A stretch of 63,852 nucleotides of DNA, filler included, from Reticulomyxa filosa (Eukaryota > Protista > Foraminifera), in NCBI GenBank assembly GCA_000512085.1. It is 15 parts of 15 records of this genome, joined end to end, with 100 filler letters (N's around TTAATTAATTAA, not from the genome) between each part and the next. Parts side by side here need not be neighbours in the genome. Positions count along the whole stretch, not along the records: positions 36,386 to 40,084 come from ASPP01008338.1; positions 40,185 to 44,230 come from ASPP01011610.1; positions 44,331 to 45,787 come from ASPP01050373.1; positions 45,888 to 47,683 come from ASPP01008650.1; positions 47,784 to 53,823 come from ASPP01020114.1; 10 more parts are not named here. One strand, given 5' to 3'. A model generated the notes under the pieces. It was given only the letters and a program-made list of their open reading frames with translations, was not told the DNA's origin and made no database searches. Position numbers and translations under genes: made by a program. How positions within the stretch are numbered: position 1 is the stretch's first letter; every line of letters begins with the position of its first letter. This document shows, in pieces, positions 38,500 through 50,528 of this stretch.

Positions 38500-39315
38500 A
38501 GTGTACTTGTACTGCTTTTAACATTTTATCTTAAATAATGAGATAAATTTGTGATAATGCTTTATTCAACAAAAAATAAAAATCAGACATTAAGTCAATA
38601 TTATGTTTATATATAAACATACAAATACTAATTAAACAAAGATACATTAGCTAAACAAGCAATAAAATATCTTGTACAATTAGTTTGACTGCAGTTACTA
38701 AGAAGAAAAAGCTAAATTTGAAAGACATTAATATCAAAATATTATCTAATTTGCAAACAGTTTAAAACATTGTTGGAAGAAATTTACATTTTCAGATAAA
38801 ATAAATATAAACATTATTGTATTAATTAAACAAAATACATTTAAAATATATTGTGAAATTTTCAAAATTATATAAAATAATGTTTTTATCTATCATAAAA
38901 GAAATTATTATAAAACGAATTTCATATTTAAAAACTACAATATTTATATAATTTAAAAAACTTGTTTTGAGCTATCTTTTTTCTGAAATTTCTTGCACTT
39001 TCAATTATAAACACTTTTATTGTATGTAGCATATTGCTTTTTAAAATAACACAAATTGCTAAAAATTTTTATCATGTTTTGGCCAGTGTGAAACAATTAC
39101 TGATAGAAAAAAGAAATAAAGCTATCACTTTTCTGGATGGAAAACGCAAATCCAACAAACAAAACAAATTATGCAAGTTCATTATTGAGAGAAGCTGCAT
39201 CCAAAAGTAAGTCTAAAAATAAAAATGGCTATTGTTTCCCTTCACATTTGCAACAAACATTTTTACTTGTTGCATGTCCTCCAAAAGACGTTTAACTGAG
39301 GAAAAAAAGCCAACT

Positions 39316-39909
39316 CTATTTCATCAAGTCGGAGTGAAGTGATAAATCACCAGACTCTAGGGCCAAATAATATTTATTGTCTCCCCATTGCACTCGGAAC
39401 AGTAAGAGTATACACACAACATATTGTGTAGCAATGGCGGCGATATAATATCCAGTGGTGCTCCAAATGGTAAATTCGCCGACTAATTCGATGATGGTGG
39501 TAACGAGCAAGCCTAAAAAAGAAGCAATGGTAAATATGGTAACATAATTGCTTCCTTTTAACGAAAAAGCGATACATGCATAGGCCAACGCATTTTGAAA
39601 TGAGTAAATGCCAAAAGCCAACACGTTGCATATGTACGACATAATGGCACTTTGCAATGGCTGCGCAAAGATTGAGATGAACAAAACCGATCCAATTAAC
39701 AAGGAGGAGAGCCAAATAATCATAAACGATTTTCGCATCACAAACACCATTGGAAACAGCGACGGCAGCATTGACCCAATGGCGCTCACTAATTCAATGA
39801 GCCCTTCAATAAGTCCAAACGAGCCATCTTCCTGTACATCCGCAAGCTGCGATTGATAGTAGTTACTATAAATTTATACCCTGCAACGCCAAAGATGTAC
39901 CACAAACTC
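39316..39909 (-). CDS. Reduced folate/thiamine carrier (SLC19-like), C-terminal half; 1-nt frameshift at about 39865
   Basis: 'SLWYIFGVAGY..NYYQ..L', 'GLIEGLIELVSA', 'IAFSL...NY..IF...FLGLLV.TI' follow the SLC19 TM7-TM12 pattern. Confidence 0.65.
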
Positions 39910-40084
39910 CTATTCACACAAGTACGTAGCAAATACATAAAGGGTGTGTTGCTTGTAGTATACGTAGGGTTGTATATTTCTGTTGTATGGGCAGAAGGGA
40001 GGGGGGGGGGAGGAGGGAATTAAAATATAAAAACCAAAATTATATGCATTTGCAAAAGTATGTATGTACTTTTTTTTTTTTTTT

Positions 40085-40184
40085 NNNNNNNNNNNNNNNN
40101 NNNNNNNNNNNNNNNNNNNNNNNNNNNNTTAATTAATTAANNNNNNNNNNNNNNNNNNNNNNNNNNNNNNNNNNNNNNNNNNNN
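40085..40184. other. Assembly linker/gap
   Basis: Same 100-bp linker. Confidence 0.99.
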
Positions 40185-40216
<32 letters not shown>

Positions 40217-40306
40217 GATAAAAAAAAAGATTGAAGGTGTTAAAAGAATATTAGAAAGAAATGAAAAAACAAATCAAATAAACAAACAAATGAAAGGAAA
40301 AAATAG

Positions 40307-41979
40307 GCAAACATTCGAATATCGTCGAATACTATGGCTACTGTGAAATAACAGATAAAAACAATCAACACAACCCAATGCTGAACGGATTTTATGTGCT
40401 AATGGAGTACATGCCAGATGGATTGATATCGTTTATGAAAAAGCGACAAACGAAAAGCCAATACTTGAAAGAGAAGCACTTGTGGCTATTGTTTCTACAA
40501 ATCGCGCGAGGCGTGGCCCATCTGCACAATCTCGATCCGCCATTGGCCCATCGAGACTTGAAAATCGAAAACGTGTTAATCACGTATGTCCCTCGTGCAT
40601 TGCCATCGTCACCATCTTCACCGTCGTCACCCATCAACTCCTTGTCACCTGTGTCCAAGGACTTGGTGAAGCAGGGCAGAGTGGAAGGCGTTAGTCCGAA
40701 TGTGGAAATGCAATTGAAGATTTGCGACTTTGGCAGTTGCGTCAATGGAATGCCCAAAATATATCAGGAACAATCAGACATTTCTTTGGAACAAGACCTG
40801 ATCGATCGATTTACTACGCCCAGCTATCGTGCACCGGAGATGATTGATTTATATCAAGTTTTGAAATTTGTTATATATACATATATATATTGTATATATA
40901 TATTTATTTATTTATATTACAATTGAAATAATAAACTTGTTTAGAGAAAACCTTTGTCCGTGAAAGTCGATATCTGGGCGTTAGGTGTAGTATTATTTGT
41001 AATGGCATTCTTATGCCATCCCTTTCCCGATGGCAATAAAATGCAAATATTGGACGCCAAATATTCAATTCCACCCAAACATAACTATTCCAAAAAAGTA
41101 ACGAAATTGCTCAAACTATTGCTACAACGCGAGTTTTGGATTGCAAACGACAAAACACTATTTTGTATATGCAATATAACTTGAAGCCGGAGGGAAGGCT
41201 GTATGTTGCTTTCTGTTTGAACAAATAGTCCAAACAAACGCCCATCTGCAGCACAGATATGCAATCACGTGCAGGACATTGTCAACGGCGGCAAAGGGAC
41301 ACTCACTCGTTCCAAAGAGATCAAACGACCACAATCCTTTATTGTGGCATCCCAAAATGCCATGCTGCCTTCCAATGACCCGGCTTGGGATGATGTGTTC
41401 AGCGGAAGCCATGAAGAGAGAAGTGTCCATGCCGTCACGTATGACCTTGAATCTCGTGACGATGACAACCCTTCCAATCCCAATTCCCCCAAAAAAAACT
41501 CATCTGCTACCAAAAATGCCATTTCCACCGATCTGCCCGATATACTCGAACAAGGCCCACATGATTTGGACTTTGATGATGGGACACCTTTGATGAGACT
41601 AAACAATCTAACACCAATTCCGACGAAAGTTGTCTTCCCCTAAAACGATGTGATTGTCCAAATGAATCCTGATAATAATCAAACAGAACAGCAACCCAAT
41701 GTTTGTCGCACATGCACATATATGATCTTAACTTTTTTTTTTTTTTTTTTTTTTATGTTGGTTCACGTTGAACATGAATGGCTTCTCCAGGGCACTAATA
41801 AACCAGCGGATGCATTATTCGATCAAAGTTTTGATGCAGATGTGTTTGCAAATGGTAACGATTCGAAACCAGTCGTAGAATCGTCCAATGTCCAGACTGA
41901 AAAAGACTCAGAAGTCAGACAAAATAATGATACATTATTCTCTGCTGATAAGGAACAGAACAACTCGAATACTCATTAA
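40307..41979 (+). CDS. NAK-family Ser/Thr kinase (AAK1/GAK/Ark1-like), 5' truncated; introns 40858-40944 and 41133-41228 plus one further intron
   Basis: HSNIVEYYG, AHRDLKIENVL, KICDFGS, 'IDRFTTPSYRAPEMIDLY', KVDIWALG, spliced 'LLQRDPNKRPS'. Confidence 0.9.
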
Positions 41980-43059
41980 TCCTCTGATTATTTGTCATCC
42001 TGAAAGGAGCGGAACGAGGAATATTCCCTCCACCTCCTCCAAAATCGATATCAAGCTATTGATATACCGACCAAAAAAAACATCAGAGTTTGACCTATTA
42101 CAATTTTTTGGTTTATTATAATTCTTTTGTGTGTGTGCGTTGTTCGGTTTTTGTATGTTCGAACAGCTTCGAGCGAACTTTATTAGCAATTGATTTTTTC
42201 CTGTTGTTTTTTCGTTTTTTTGATGGAAAAGCCGCTTCTTGATCTATCTGCTATCGATTCAATTGACGATTGTTTTTCTTGTTTTTTGGCCTTTACAAGT
42301 ATTTGTAATTTTTGCATAACAAAGAAAACTAAATCAATAACGAAAGGCCAAAAAAAAAGCACACTTTCGCTATTCAATTTTTATTCGTCGATATTGTTGT
42401 GGCTAACATGATGGTATTTTAGAATATTAAAAGACTGGTTTGGGGTTTTTCTATGAAAACATGAAAATGTAATATAAAAAACATCAAATACCGAGGGTAG
42501 AATAGCCGGAAATTTTTTTTCATGTATACCAAAAGTGAAGAGGCTAATTTATGATACAAAGGCAGACAGATTGGAAGACAAAGTACTAACAAAAAATGCA
42601 TCCAATCAATTTTTTTTTGACGTGTTTTTTTTTAGAAGATTCCATTGCCATCAACCAAAAAAAAAAGAATGAACAAATGCATCACAAAAATCTAAAAAAA
42701 CAAAAACTCGACAACGGGACACTTTAGTTTGTGTATAGGGAAGCACACACAAAAGACAAACTTTTAAAATTTCCCCTCCCAACAAAAATCACATATCAAA
42801 AGAATGTTTACCGGTGTGAGGAAGAGGAACAAGAAAGAAGGGAAAAAAATAAACAACACAAAATATAAAAATATAAAATATAAAAATAACAAGAACAAAA
42901 CAAAGCAAAAGAAAATAAAAGTAACAAAATAAGATTACTCGAAGTCAAAAAAAAAATATATATATTTGTTATTGGATTAGAATGACATTAATTTGAGGGA
43001 ATTGACTAAAGTGAACGGTACAACAAACAGACTAGGTAATGCAAATATGTTTAGGAAGA

Positions 43060-44230
43060 TTACAGTGTATCCATTTTGTGTGCAGTTGTTCCGTTGCTAT
43101 GAAGCACAAAATTCTTTGCTATCTTTGATTTTTTGGAATTGGCAATATGGTGCTCATGTTTATTTTGTTGTTCATCAAGTGTTTCATTTTTTTCTTTGCT
43201 ATTGCTATTTATGGTATTCTTATTCACATTGTGACTTGCATCCCGCGTTGTTTTGTGTTTTTTTGGTTTGCTCTGCTGTGTAAGTGGAGGTTGTGTTGGA
43301 GTCTCTTCGTGTCTCACTGAAAACAATCTCATCGACGGCACCGTGTGGTTCTTGATTGTCACATTTAACACTTACTACATTTATACTTTGAGCAAAAAAA
43401 AATGGAAAAAAAAAATAGAGGCAGTCAACGTACCTCATTTGCATTATGATGTCCCCGTGCATGGTGAAGGCCAACAGGAGGATTGGAATGTGAAAAAGTG
43501 TCTCGAAGACTGAGTGGATGGGGCTGTGAAGTGTCACGACAGCCATTGGCATTGCAAGCATGATTTGTCGAAGATTGTCTGGAAAGATCGGGGTGAAACG
43601 AAGGAAGCGGAGGAAGAGGAGGGAGTGGAGGAGGAGGGGGTACAGGTGGGCCACAATTGGATTTTGTGGGCATATCAAAACTGAAAGAGTAGGAGCGCGA
43701 TCGTTTGACATGATGGACGGGCGTATTTGTTTTCGATTCGTCGAGCGTGCGAAGTGAGTTTTGTGTATCCGAGTGCTGGAGTGGCATGGCCGAATCTACC
43801 ACATCTGTCAAGTTTGTTGGATCAGCGGGCCAAATTCGACGACTGCTTTCACCGCGACGCACTCGAGTGCTATGTGGTCTTGATTCTTGATTGGGATTTC
43901 TCTGAATCTTTTTCTTCGTGTTATTGTTGTTGTGTCGATCGGGATGAGTAGATCGTGAATGCAACGTCTCTTTTTCATGCTTATTGTTAGTGGGATCACT
44001 GCCATTGATACAATTTTTCCCCAGAGTCCTCGACAACAATGAAGTCTGCTCTGCGTCTGGACTTTGCTCGTTGTGTTGTGGTGGGGACATTAAATGGATT
44101 GAAACGCTTGAGTTGGCTGTTTTTGAAATAGTGCTTTGTGCATTGTCATCCAAATGACGTATTTGCTTATCTCTTGCCCGTTTCAAACGGATCGAATTTT
44201 TTGCTGTTGTTACTGTTGTTGCTGTTGTTG
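43060..44230 (-). CDS. 3' part of a low-complexity hydrophilic hypothetical protein
   Basis: ORFs 43425-44186 and 43060-43371 separated by a T-tract intron-like segment. Confidence 0.45.
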
Positions 44231-44330
44231 NNNNNNNNNNNNNNNNNNNNNNNNNNNNNNNNNNNNNNNNNNNNTTAATTAATTAANNNNNNNNNNNNNN
44301 NNNNNNNNNNNNNNNNNNNNNNNNNNNNNN
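44231..44330. other. Assembly linker/gap
   Basis: Same 100-bp linker. Confidence 0.99.
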
Positions 44331-44965
44331 TGGTCTTGTTGTTGGTCTTGCTGTAGGTGTTGTTGTTGGTGTTGATGTTGGCCTTGTTGTTGGTCTTGCT
44401 GTAGGTGTTGTTGTTGGGGTTGCTGTTGGCCTTGTTGTTGGTCTTGTTGTTGGTATTGTTGTTGGCGTTGCTGTTGGTCTTGTTGTTGGTCTTGCTGTAG
44501 GTGTTGTTGTTGGTGTTGCTGTTGGTCTTGTTGTTGGTCTTGTTGTAGGTGGTATTGTTGGCGTTGCTGTTGGTTTTATTGTTGGTCTTGCTGTAGGTGT
44601 TGTTGTTGGTGTTGCTGTTGGCCTTGTTGTTGGTCTTGTTGTTGGTGTTGCTGTTGGTCTTGTTGTTGGTCTTGTTGTAGGTGGTATTGTTGGCGTTGCT
44701 GTTGGTTTTGTTGTTGGTCTTGCTGTAGGTGTTGTTGTTGGTGTTGCTGTTGGTCTTGTTGTTGGTCTTGCTGTAGGTGTTGTTGTTGGTGTTACTGTTG
44801 GTCTTGTTGTTGGTGTTGTTGTTGGTATTGCCGTTGGTCTTGTTGTTGGTGTTGTTGTTGGCGTTGCTGTTGGTCTTGCTGTAGGTGGTGTTGTTGGCGT
44901 TGCTGTTGGCGTTGCTGTTGTCGTTGCTGTTGTCGTTGGCGCTGTCGTTGTTGTTGGTCTTGCTG
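44331..44965 (-). repeat. Coding tandem repeat of 12-nt units (PTxx) with higher-order periodicity
   Basis: TGTTGG-based 12-mers such as TGTTGGTCTTGT and TGTAGGTGTTGT repeated up to the contig edge. Confidence 0.9.
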
Positions 44966-45742
44966 TCTCCATTGTCGGGTTTTGTGTCGACTCTGTCGTT
45001 GAATTTTGCGTTGACTCTGCCGTTGGCATCGAGGAAGTGAATATAGGATCTGCAGTCGTTGTTGAAAATACTGACGGGTGCAATGTTGGTCTCGTCGTTG
45101 GACTTAGTGTATTAGAGGGACTCAGCGTATTAGAGGGACTCAGCGTTGAGGATGGGCTCGGGGATGTCAAGGCAAGGCGACGTGCATCACCTTCAATTCA
45201 ACAACATCACATTCACGTCTTATGCACTTTTTTTTTTTTTTTCAAGTTTACCGGATTTATGTTGAAAAACTAAACAGGACAAAGTTTTTTTTTTTAAAAA
45301 AAAAAACAACCTGAATTTCCAACATTTTCACACGACAAACATTTCCATTCTTGCAAAGTGTCATTATGTTCAAACACGCATTCATGTTCAAAGAGGTGGC
45401 CACAAAGCTTGTGTATTCATCGACGTCATTATTAAAAAAAGAAAAAAAACGACAACAAACACTTTTTTTTTTTTTGTTAATGTTCACCCGGCCATGCAAT
45501 AATGGCCATAATTTTTTGTTGTTGTTTGAGTAGCGATATATGTATATGAGTATTTTTTTCTTGCAAATATTTCAAAGAATAAAAAAAAACGTGTTTTTTT
45601 TTTTTTTTGCTTGTTTAAATTACAAATAGCACATGCAAAAAAAAAAAAAATCTCACCATAGTGATACCGTGACAAGCATCGTGATTAAAACATCTGATCT
45701 GGGCACTGGAGACACCATCCATGCTCCATATTGTAATGTCCT
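44331..45742 (-). CDS. Cys-repeat plus Thr/Pro mucin-like (PT-repeat) extracellular protein, partial
   Basis: Exons 'DITIWSMDGVSSAQIRCFNHDACHGITM', 'NACLNIMTLCKNGNVCRV', then 'GDARRLALTSPSPS...(PTTRPTATPTTT)n'. Confidence 0.6.
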
Positions 45743-45743
45743 G

Positions 45744-45780
<37 letters not shown>

Positions 45781-45787
45781 ACAAAAA

Positions 45788-45887
45788 NNNNNNNNNNNNN
45801 NNNNNNNNNNNNNNNNNNNNNNNNNNNNNNNTTAATTAATTAANNNNNNNNNNNNNNNNNNNNNNNNNNNNNNNNNNNNNNNNNNNN
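45788..45887. other. Assembly linker/gap
   Basis: Same 100-bp linker. Confidence 0.99.
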
Positions 45888-46264
45888 AAAAAAAAAAAAA
45901 ATATTTGCACGTAATCCATTGACTTTTGTGGTCAAGAAAGAAGACCTTGTTTTACCATGTTTCATCTTTCAAATTTTTTTTTTGAAAATGCATAAAAAAA
46001 AATAAATAAATAAACTAAAAAGGTTGTTGTGGTCGTCCCACACAAGGGAGTGATGGATGTAATGATGAGAACAAGAACGGATCGGAAAGACTTTGTTTGG
46101 CGTTGGATGGGTGTGAACTGGTAAGGGATTAAGCTTTGATTTATGAAGGGAAAAAAAAAAAAAGGGAGAAGAAAGGTGAAACATGCCAATGGGAACACTT
46201 GCTACTATACACAAAACAATGTCCACATACCTCCTCCCTCCCTCCCCCCCCCACGTATCTGTCA

Positions 46265-47663
46265 GAATGCAAGGAGTGACACACTATGTCAGGCTCAACA
46301 AGTCGCCATAGATACAAGTTGTATTGCACAGTCCAGTGCGAAGGTACACGTCGCATTGCCTCCAGTGATCGAAGCTGCAGGTTTTTTTGGTGTTTTTTTT
46401 TTTTTTTTTGAAAAATTATATATATTTATATATGCATAATATGTACATACGTTATATATTTATATGATACATTTGCTCACAATAATGCCATATTGTCAGA
46501 GCCAACAAAAGTAATTGAGCCAGAAATTTCGATTGCGCAAGAGGAGACGAAATTGTCTCATCATCAAGAAGATGACTTATTGTTGCAACCCAACACAAAC
46601 AAGTGTGCGCCACAGTCGCTGCTCGAAATGGAAATTGCAAATGCAGCTGCAAATGAACATGTGCCAAGAGGGGAAGAAAACGAAAGCAAGAAGGCGACGA
46701 GTGCTCTCGGAGAAGGACGAGCGTCAATCTCTGACAAAGTGAAGAATCCGAAGGACAAGGAGAGGAGTGGTGCATTGATGTATTCGGTGGAGGAGTTGTG
46801 GGAGTGTCAATTGATGTTTGTAGACGAGCCGAAGCAAGAAGCAATGGGCAAAGAGTGTTGGAACGCATATCGTGGCATCCATAAACGAAGTGATCAATAC
46901 GTAGCCAAGTGTAACCCCTTTGCAATTGCTGGCAATAGCAATAGCAACAGCAATAGCAATAGCAATAGCAATAGCAATGGTAATAGTAATAGTAATAACA
47001 ATGGCAATCCCAATGGTACAAGCACCTCGATATGGAGAGCAAGAAATATTCGATGCACAGATAGGACTGGGTCGATACGTGGCAAGGACGTGACCCCTCA
47101 AATGGTAGGAAGTATACGTAGCAAGGGATCGAACAAAAGCTATCATGTGCAAATGGATCACCAATTATTGCCCAACCAACGCTTGAAAAAGAAGGTGACT
47201 GGAATTTTGAACCGCGTCACACCGGAGAAGTTTGACATTTTGGTCGAACGCATGTTGACATTGATCAAGGAACATGTCCAGAACCGGGAACAGTACTTGC
47301 TCGTGTTGTCGAGCATTTTGGACAAGGCGTCGTCGGAACGGAACTTTGTCGAGCAATACGTGGATTTGTGCGAGCATTTGTACAACTCGGAATTGACCCC
47401 TTTGTTCCCAAAAACAGTCGTGACAACAACAACAACAACAACGGCTCAGAGTCCTCCCGAAACCGCGTTTACTAGCGACGTGGACGCACTCATCCACCAG
47501 GCCCAAAAAGACTTTCGTCGTCTGTGCATGGAATTTTTGCAAAACAATTTTACTTTACAAAAAAACAAGGTGCTTGAAAACATTGAAGACAAGCCAGAGT
47601 TTCAAAATCTTGATCAAGAAGAAATTGACAATATCAAAATTGCGCAAAAGAAAAAATTGCTAG
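46265..47663 (+). CDS. eIF4G: eIF4G-like translation initiation factor (MIF4G), partial
   Basis: eIF4E-binding-type motif YSVEELW (46781-46801). MIF4G 'KKVTGILNRVTPEKF', 'ILDKASSERNFVEQYVDLC', 'FRRLCMEFLQNNF', 'KKKLLG'. Confidence 0.85.
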
Positions 47664-47683
47664 GTACGTATACTTTTTTTTTT

Positions 47684-47783
47684 NNNNNNNNNNNNNNNNN
47701 NNNNNNNNNNNNNNNNNNNNNNNNNNNTTAATTAATTAANNNNNNNNNNNNNNNNNNNNNNNNNNNNNNNNNNNNNNNNNNNN
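47684..47783. other. Assembly linker/gap
   Basis: Same 100-bp linker. Confidence 0.99.
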
Positions 47784-47989
47784 TCTATATCACGTTTCAA
47801 TAATATCAAAATTGTATTATATATCAAATAATTAACATGTTTTTACTTTTTCTTTTTGACAAATTTTTTTAAAATAAAAATAAAACAATGTTTAAGCTAT
47901 TTCAAGTATTGCATTGCATAATGCTTGTGCTGCATTCAGTTTCTGAAAGAAATGCATACTAAATATACAGCAAATGCTAAAATTTAAAA

Positions 47990-48225
47990 AAAAAAAATGG
48001 AACTAAGTTATACCTTGTTACAAGTTGTTTTAGTTTATTATTTGACATAATTTTTATTTGAATAACGCAATAGCTAGAATAAATGATGATTATTGAATTT
48101 TAAAAAAATAATTTTTTATTTAAATAAACAAAACTGATTAAAAAAAATAAAAAATAATAAAATTTAAATAAAATGATAAAAATTTTTTTTGGATTGAAAA
48201 TATCAAAATAATTGATTTGCAATTT
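47990..48225 (+). repeat. Diverged direct repeat, copy A (copy B at about 50200-50465)
   Basis: Colinear shared blocks AAAATGGAACTAAGT, TATTTGACATAATTTT, ATAAACAAAA, TAAATAAAATGA, TGAAAATATCAA, AAAATAATTGAT.TGCAATTT. Confidence 0.7.
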
Positions 48226-49696
48226 GATCTGAAAAAAAGTATTGCGTTGGTGTTATTGGAACTTAAATAACAAAGTGATTAGAAAAGAACAATGGTACAA
48301 CGGATCTTGGATGAGACTGGAACTAAGTTTAGAATTTAGTTCAAATGTAGTGTTGAGAGGAAACAGTTGACATATGAATATGCATTGAACAGTTTGATTA
48401 GAGAAGTAGATGTTTGTGCTCTTACAGTGATGGAAAAGTAAAAATGCTTTTATGATCGTTTTATAAAGATTATCTTGTTTACAATAGATTTACTACACAT
48501 TTAATCAAATAACAAAATAATATAATTTTTGTTGAATAAAATACATAAAATAGAAATTTTAACTCGAACTAAAAAGATTATAATTTTTATTTTCTAAGGA
48601 GAAAAAAAAGATAATAATATGTTAATAATAGTTGAATAAAATGACATTAAAAATCTCTTTCCTTTGAAATTCATTGGCTTAGTGATATAAATATTTATCT
48701 TTCTTTAAACAAAAGATATACTCAAAAATAAAGTGATAATAAAAAAAAACAATAACATTTTTATTGTCAATAATTTGGACATAATATTCATTTATTTTTC
48801 TTAAATTAAAAACAAAAAAATAACTTTTAAATACTTTTGTAAATATTATTAAAATATAACATCTGTTAATATTATACAATTATCCAATATATGAAGTAAT
48901 TATTTATTGTTTAATGACAAAGATCTAAGTTCTTATCATTGAAAAAATTAATACAAAAATATTTATAACAATGTTTTTTTTTTATTATCAATGAAAATTA
49001 AAAATATTATTATCTGATAGTGAAGAAATTACAAAAAAAAAAAACAACATTTGCCTGATGATATTAACTCGAAAAATTCATCCAAATTTTATTCAAAGCT
49101 TTTAGATTTATCGTTTGATACATTCAACAACACAATTATCTATTTTTTAAACTCTTTTGGTTTTTATTCTGTTAAAGTAATTAAGACAATTTTATAATTT
49201 TCACAAGTCTCTGAAAGCAAATCTCACTATATTCTTTTCAATTTTTTCATTAATCTCGTTTCACGCTAGTAATTCCAAAATCAAAATAATGAATGCAATA
49301 CTGCTAGTATTATAATTTAAATACAGTTTTTTAAATAATTTGGTGACTATTTTCTTTTTTCATTGTATAATCATAAATCTAATAACAAATAATTACACTC
49401 AAAACACATCAAATAAAATTTTTATAATTGGAAGAGCTCTTAAAAAGGGCGTGGTTCCATTTTTTTTTTTTTTTAATCTGTCATCAATTGTTGAGTTCGA
49501 TATTTTCAAAGTTTTGTAAAGTAAATTTTTAATTTCGTGCATGTGGAAGAGGTCAACTGCAGGAAACAGTTAAAAAATATGCATTAGTCTGACTATGTAT
49601 TTTTTGTAAAAGTTCTTTTTGTTTTATCAATTCTTTTTTTTTGAAGCATTCAAAAATATATAAGAATTCATGAAAGCAAACATATAATTTTGAGAC

Positions 49697-49892
49697 GTCA
49701 GCCAGAAAAGAGTTCGCACTAAATGTAATACGAAAGTGCTTTTTTGCTCAAATAGCCTGATTTTCAACAAACAAGTAAATTAAAACAAATCAAAGAGAAA
49801 TGACACGAAAAAGAGGAAAAACAAAACAAGGCAAAGTGAATAATGTTGTAAAAGAAGTTTAACCCACTGGGGGTTCCTCGGGTCCTCCCGAG
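49697..49892. repeat. Dispersed block-conserved element, copy 2 (inverted relative to copies 1 and 3)
   Basis: GTCAG, GTTCGCAC, TGTAATACGAAA (49724-49735), 98-nt A-rich spacer, AAGTGA, TTGTAAAAGAAGTTTA, ACTGGGGG, hairpin CTCGGG..CCCGAG. Confidence 0.7.
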
Positions 49893-50199
49893 TTCAAGCC
49901 TTTAGAATATGGACTTGTACTACATAATGTGACAAATATTTTTTTTCTGATGAAAAAATCAATGTTTTGTAAAAAAAATTTTAATTTTTCTAAGCGTACC
50001 ATCTTCGAACGCAAACCTGCAACATACAATTTCAAAACTGATTACTTATTGTGATTTCTTGTTGTGACAACAACTAAATAACTAGTAGCACAATTTTCTT
50101 CTACTTTTTTCATAAAAAAACATGAATGTCTAATTCAGAATATATCATGTGACCAAGCTTATAGTTTGTTGTCAAAAGACAAGCATTACATCTTCAAAA

Positions 50200-50465
50200 A
50201 TAAAAAAAATGGAACTAAGTACACCCTTGTAATTGACTATTTGACATAATTTTCATTTGAAAGAACAAATCAGTAGCACAATACTAAAATGTATAGCCAT
50301 TGTTGAGCTTAAAAAAATATTTTTCTATTTACATAAACAAAAACTGTCTCATTTTTAAAAACAGGTTAAAAAAATTAAAAATAACACACAATCTAAATAA
50401 AATGACCCACAATTTTAATTAATGAAAATATCAAGTTTTTAAAAAAATAATTGATATGCAATTTA
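50200..50465 (+). repeat. Diverged direct repeat, copy B, just upstream of the fucosyltransferase
   Basis: Same blocks as copy A at 47990-48225. Confidence 0.7.
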
Positions 50466-50528
50466 ACATATTATTGGTTTAAGTGTCAGTTTACGAACAC
50501 AAGACTCCCGTAATTTCTACCAGCAATA

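Noticed and set aside
41129-41134. Possible GC-AG donor (GCGAGT) in the kinase
   Set aside because: The GT at 41133 gives the correct phase and the expected 'RDPNKRPS'.
44331-44965. Regular repeat as a possible CRISPR array
   Set aside because: No unique spacers; it is an in-frame Thr/Pro coding repeat in a eukaryote.
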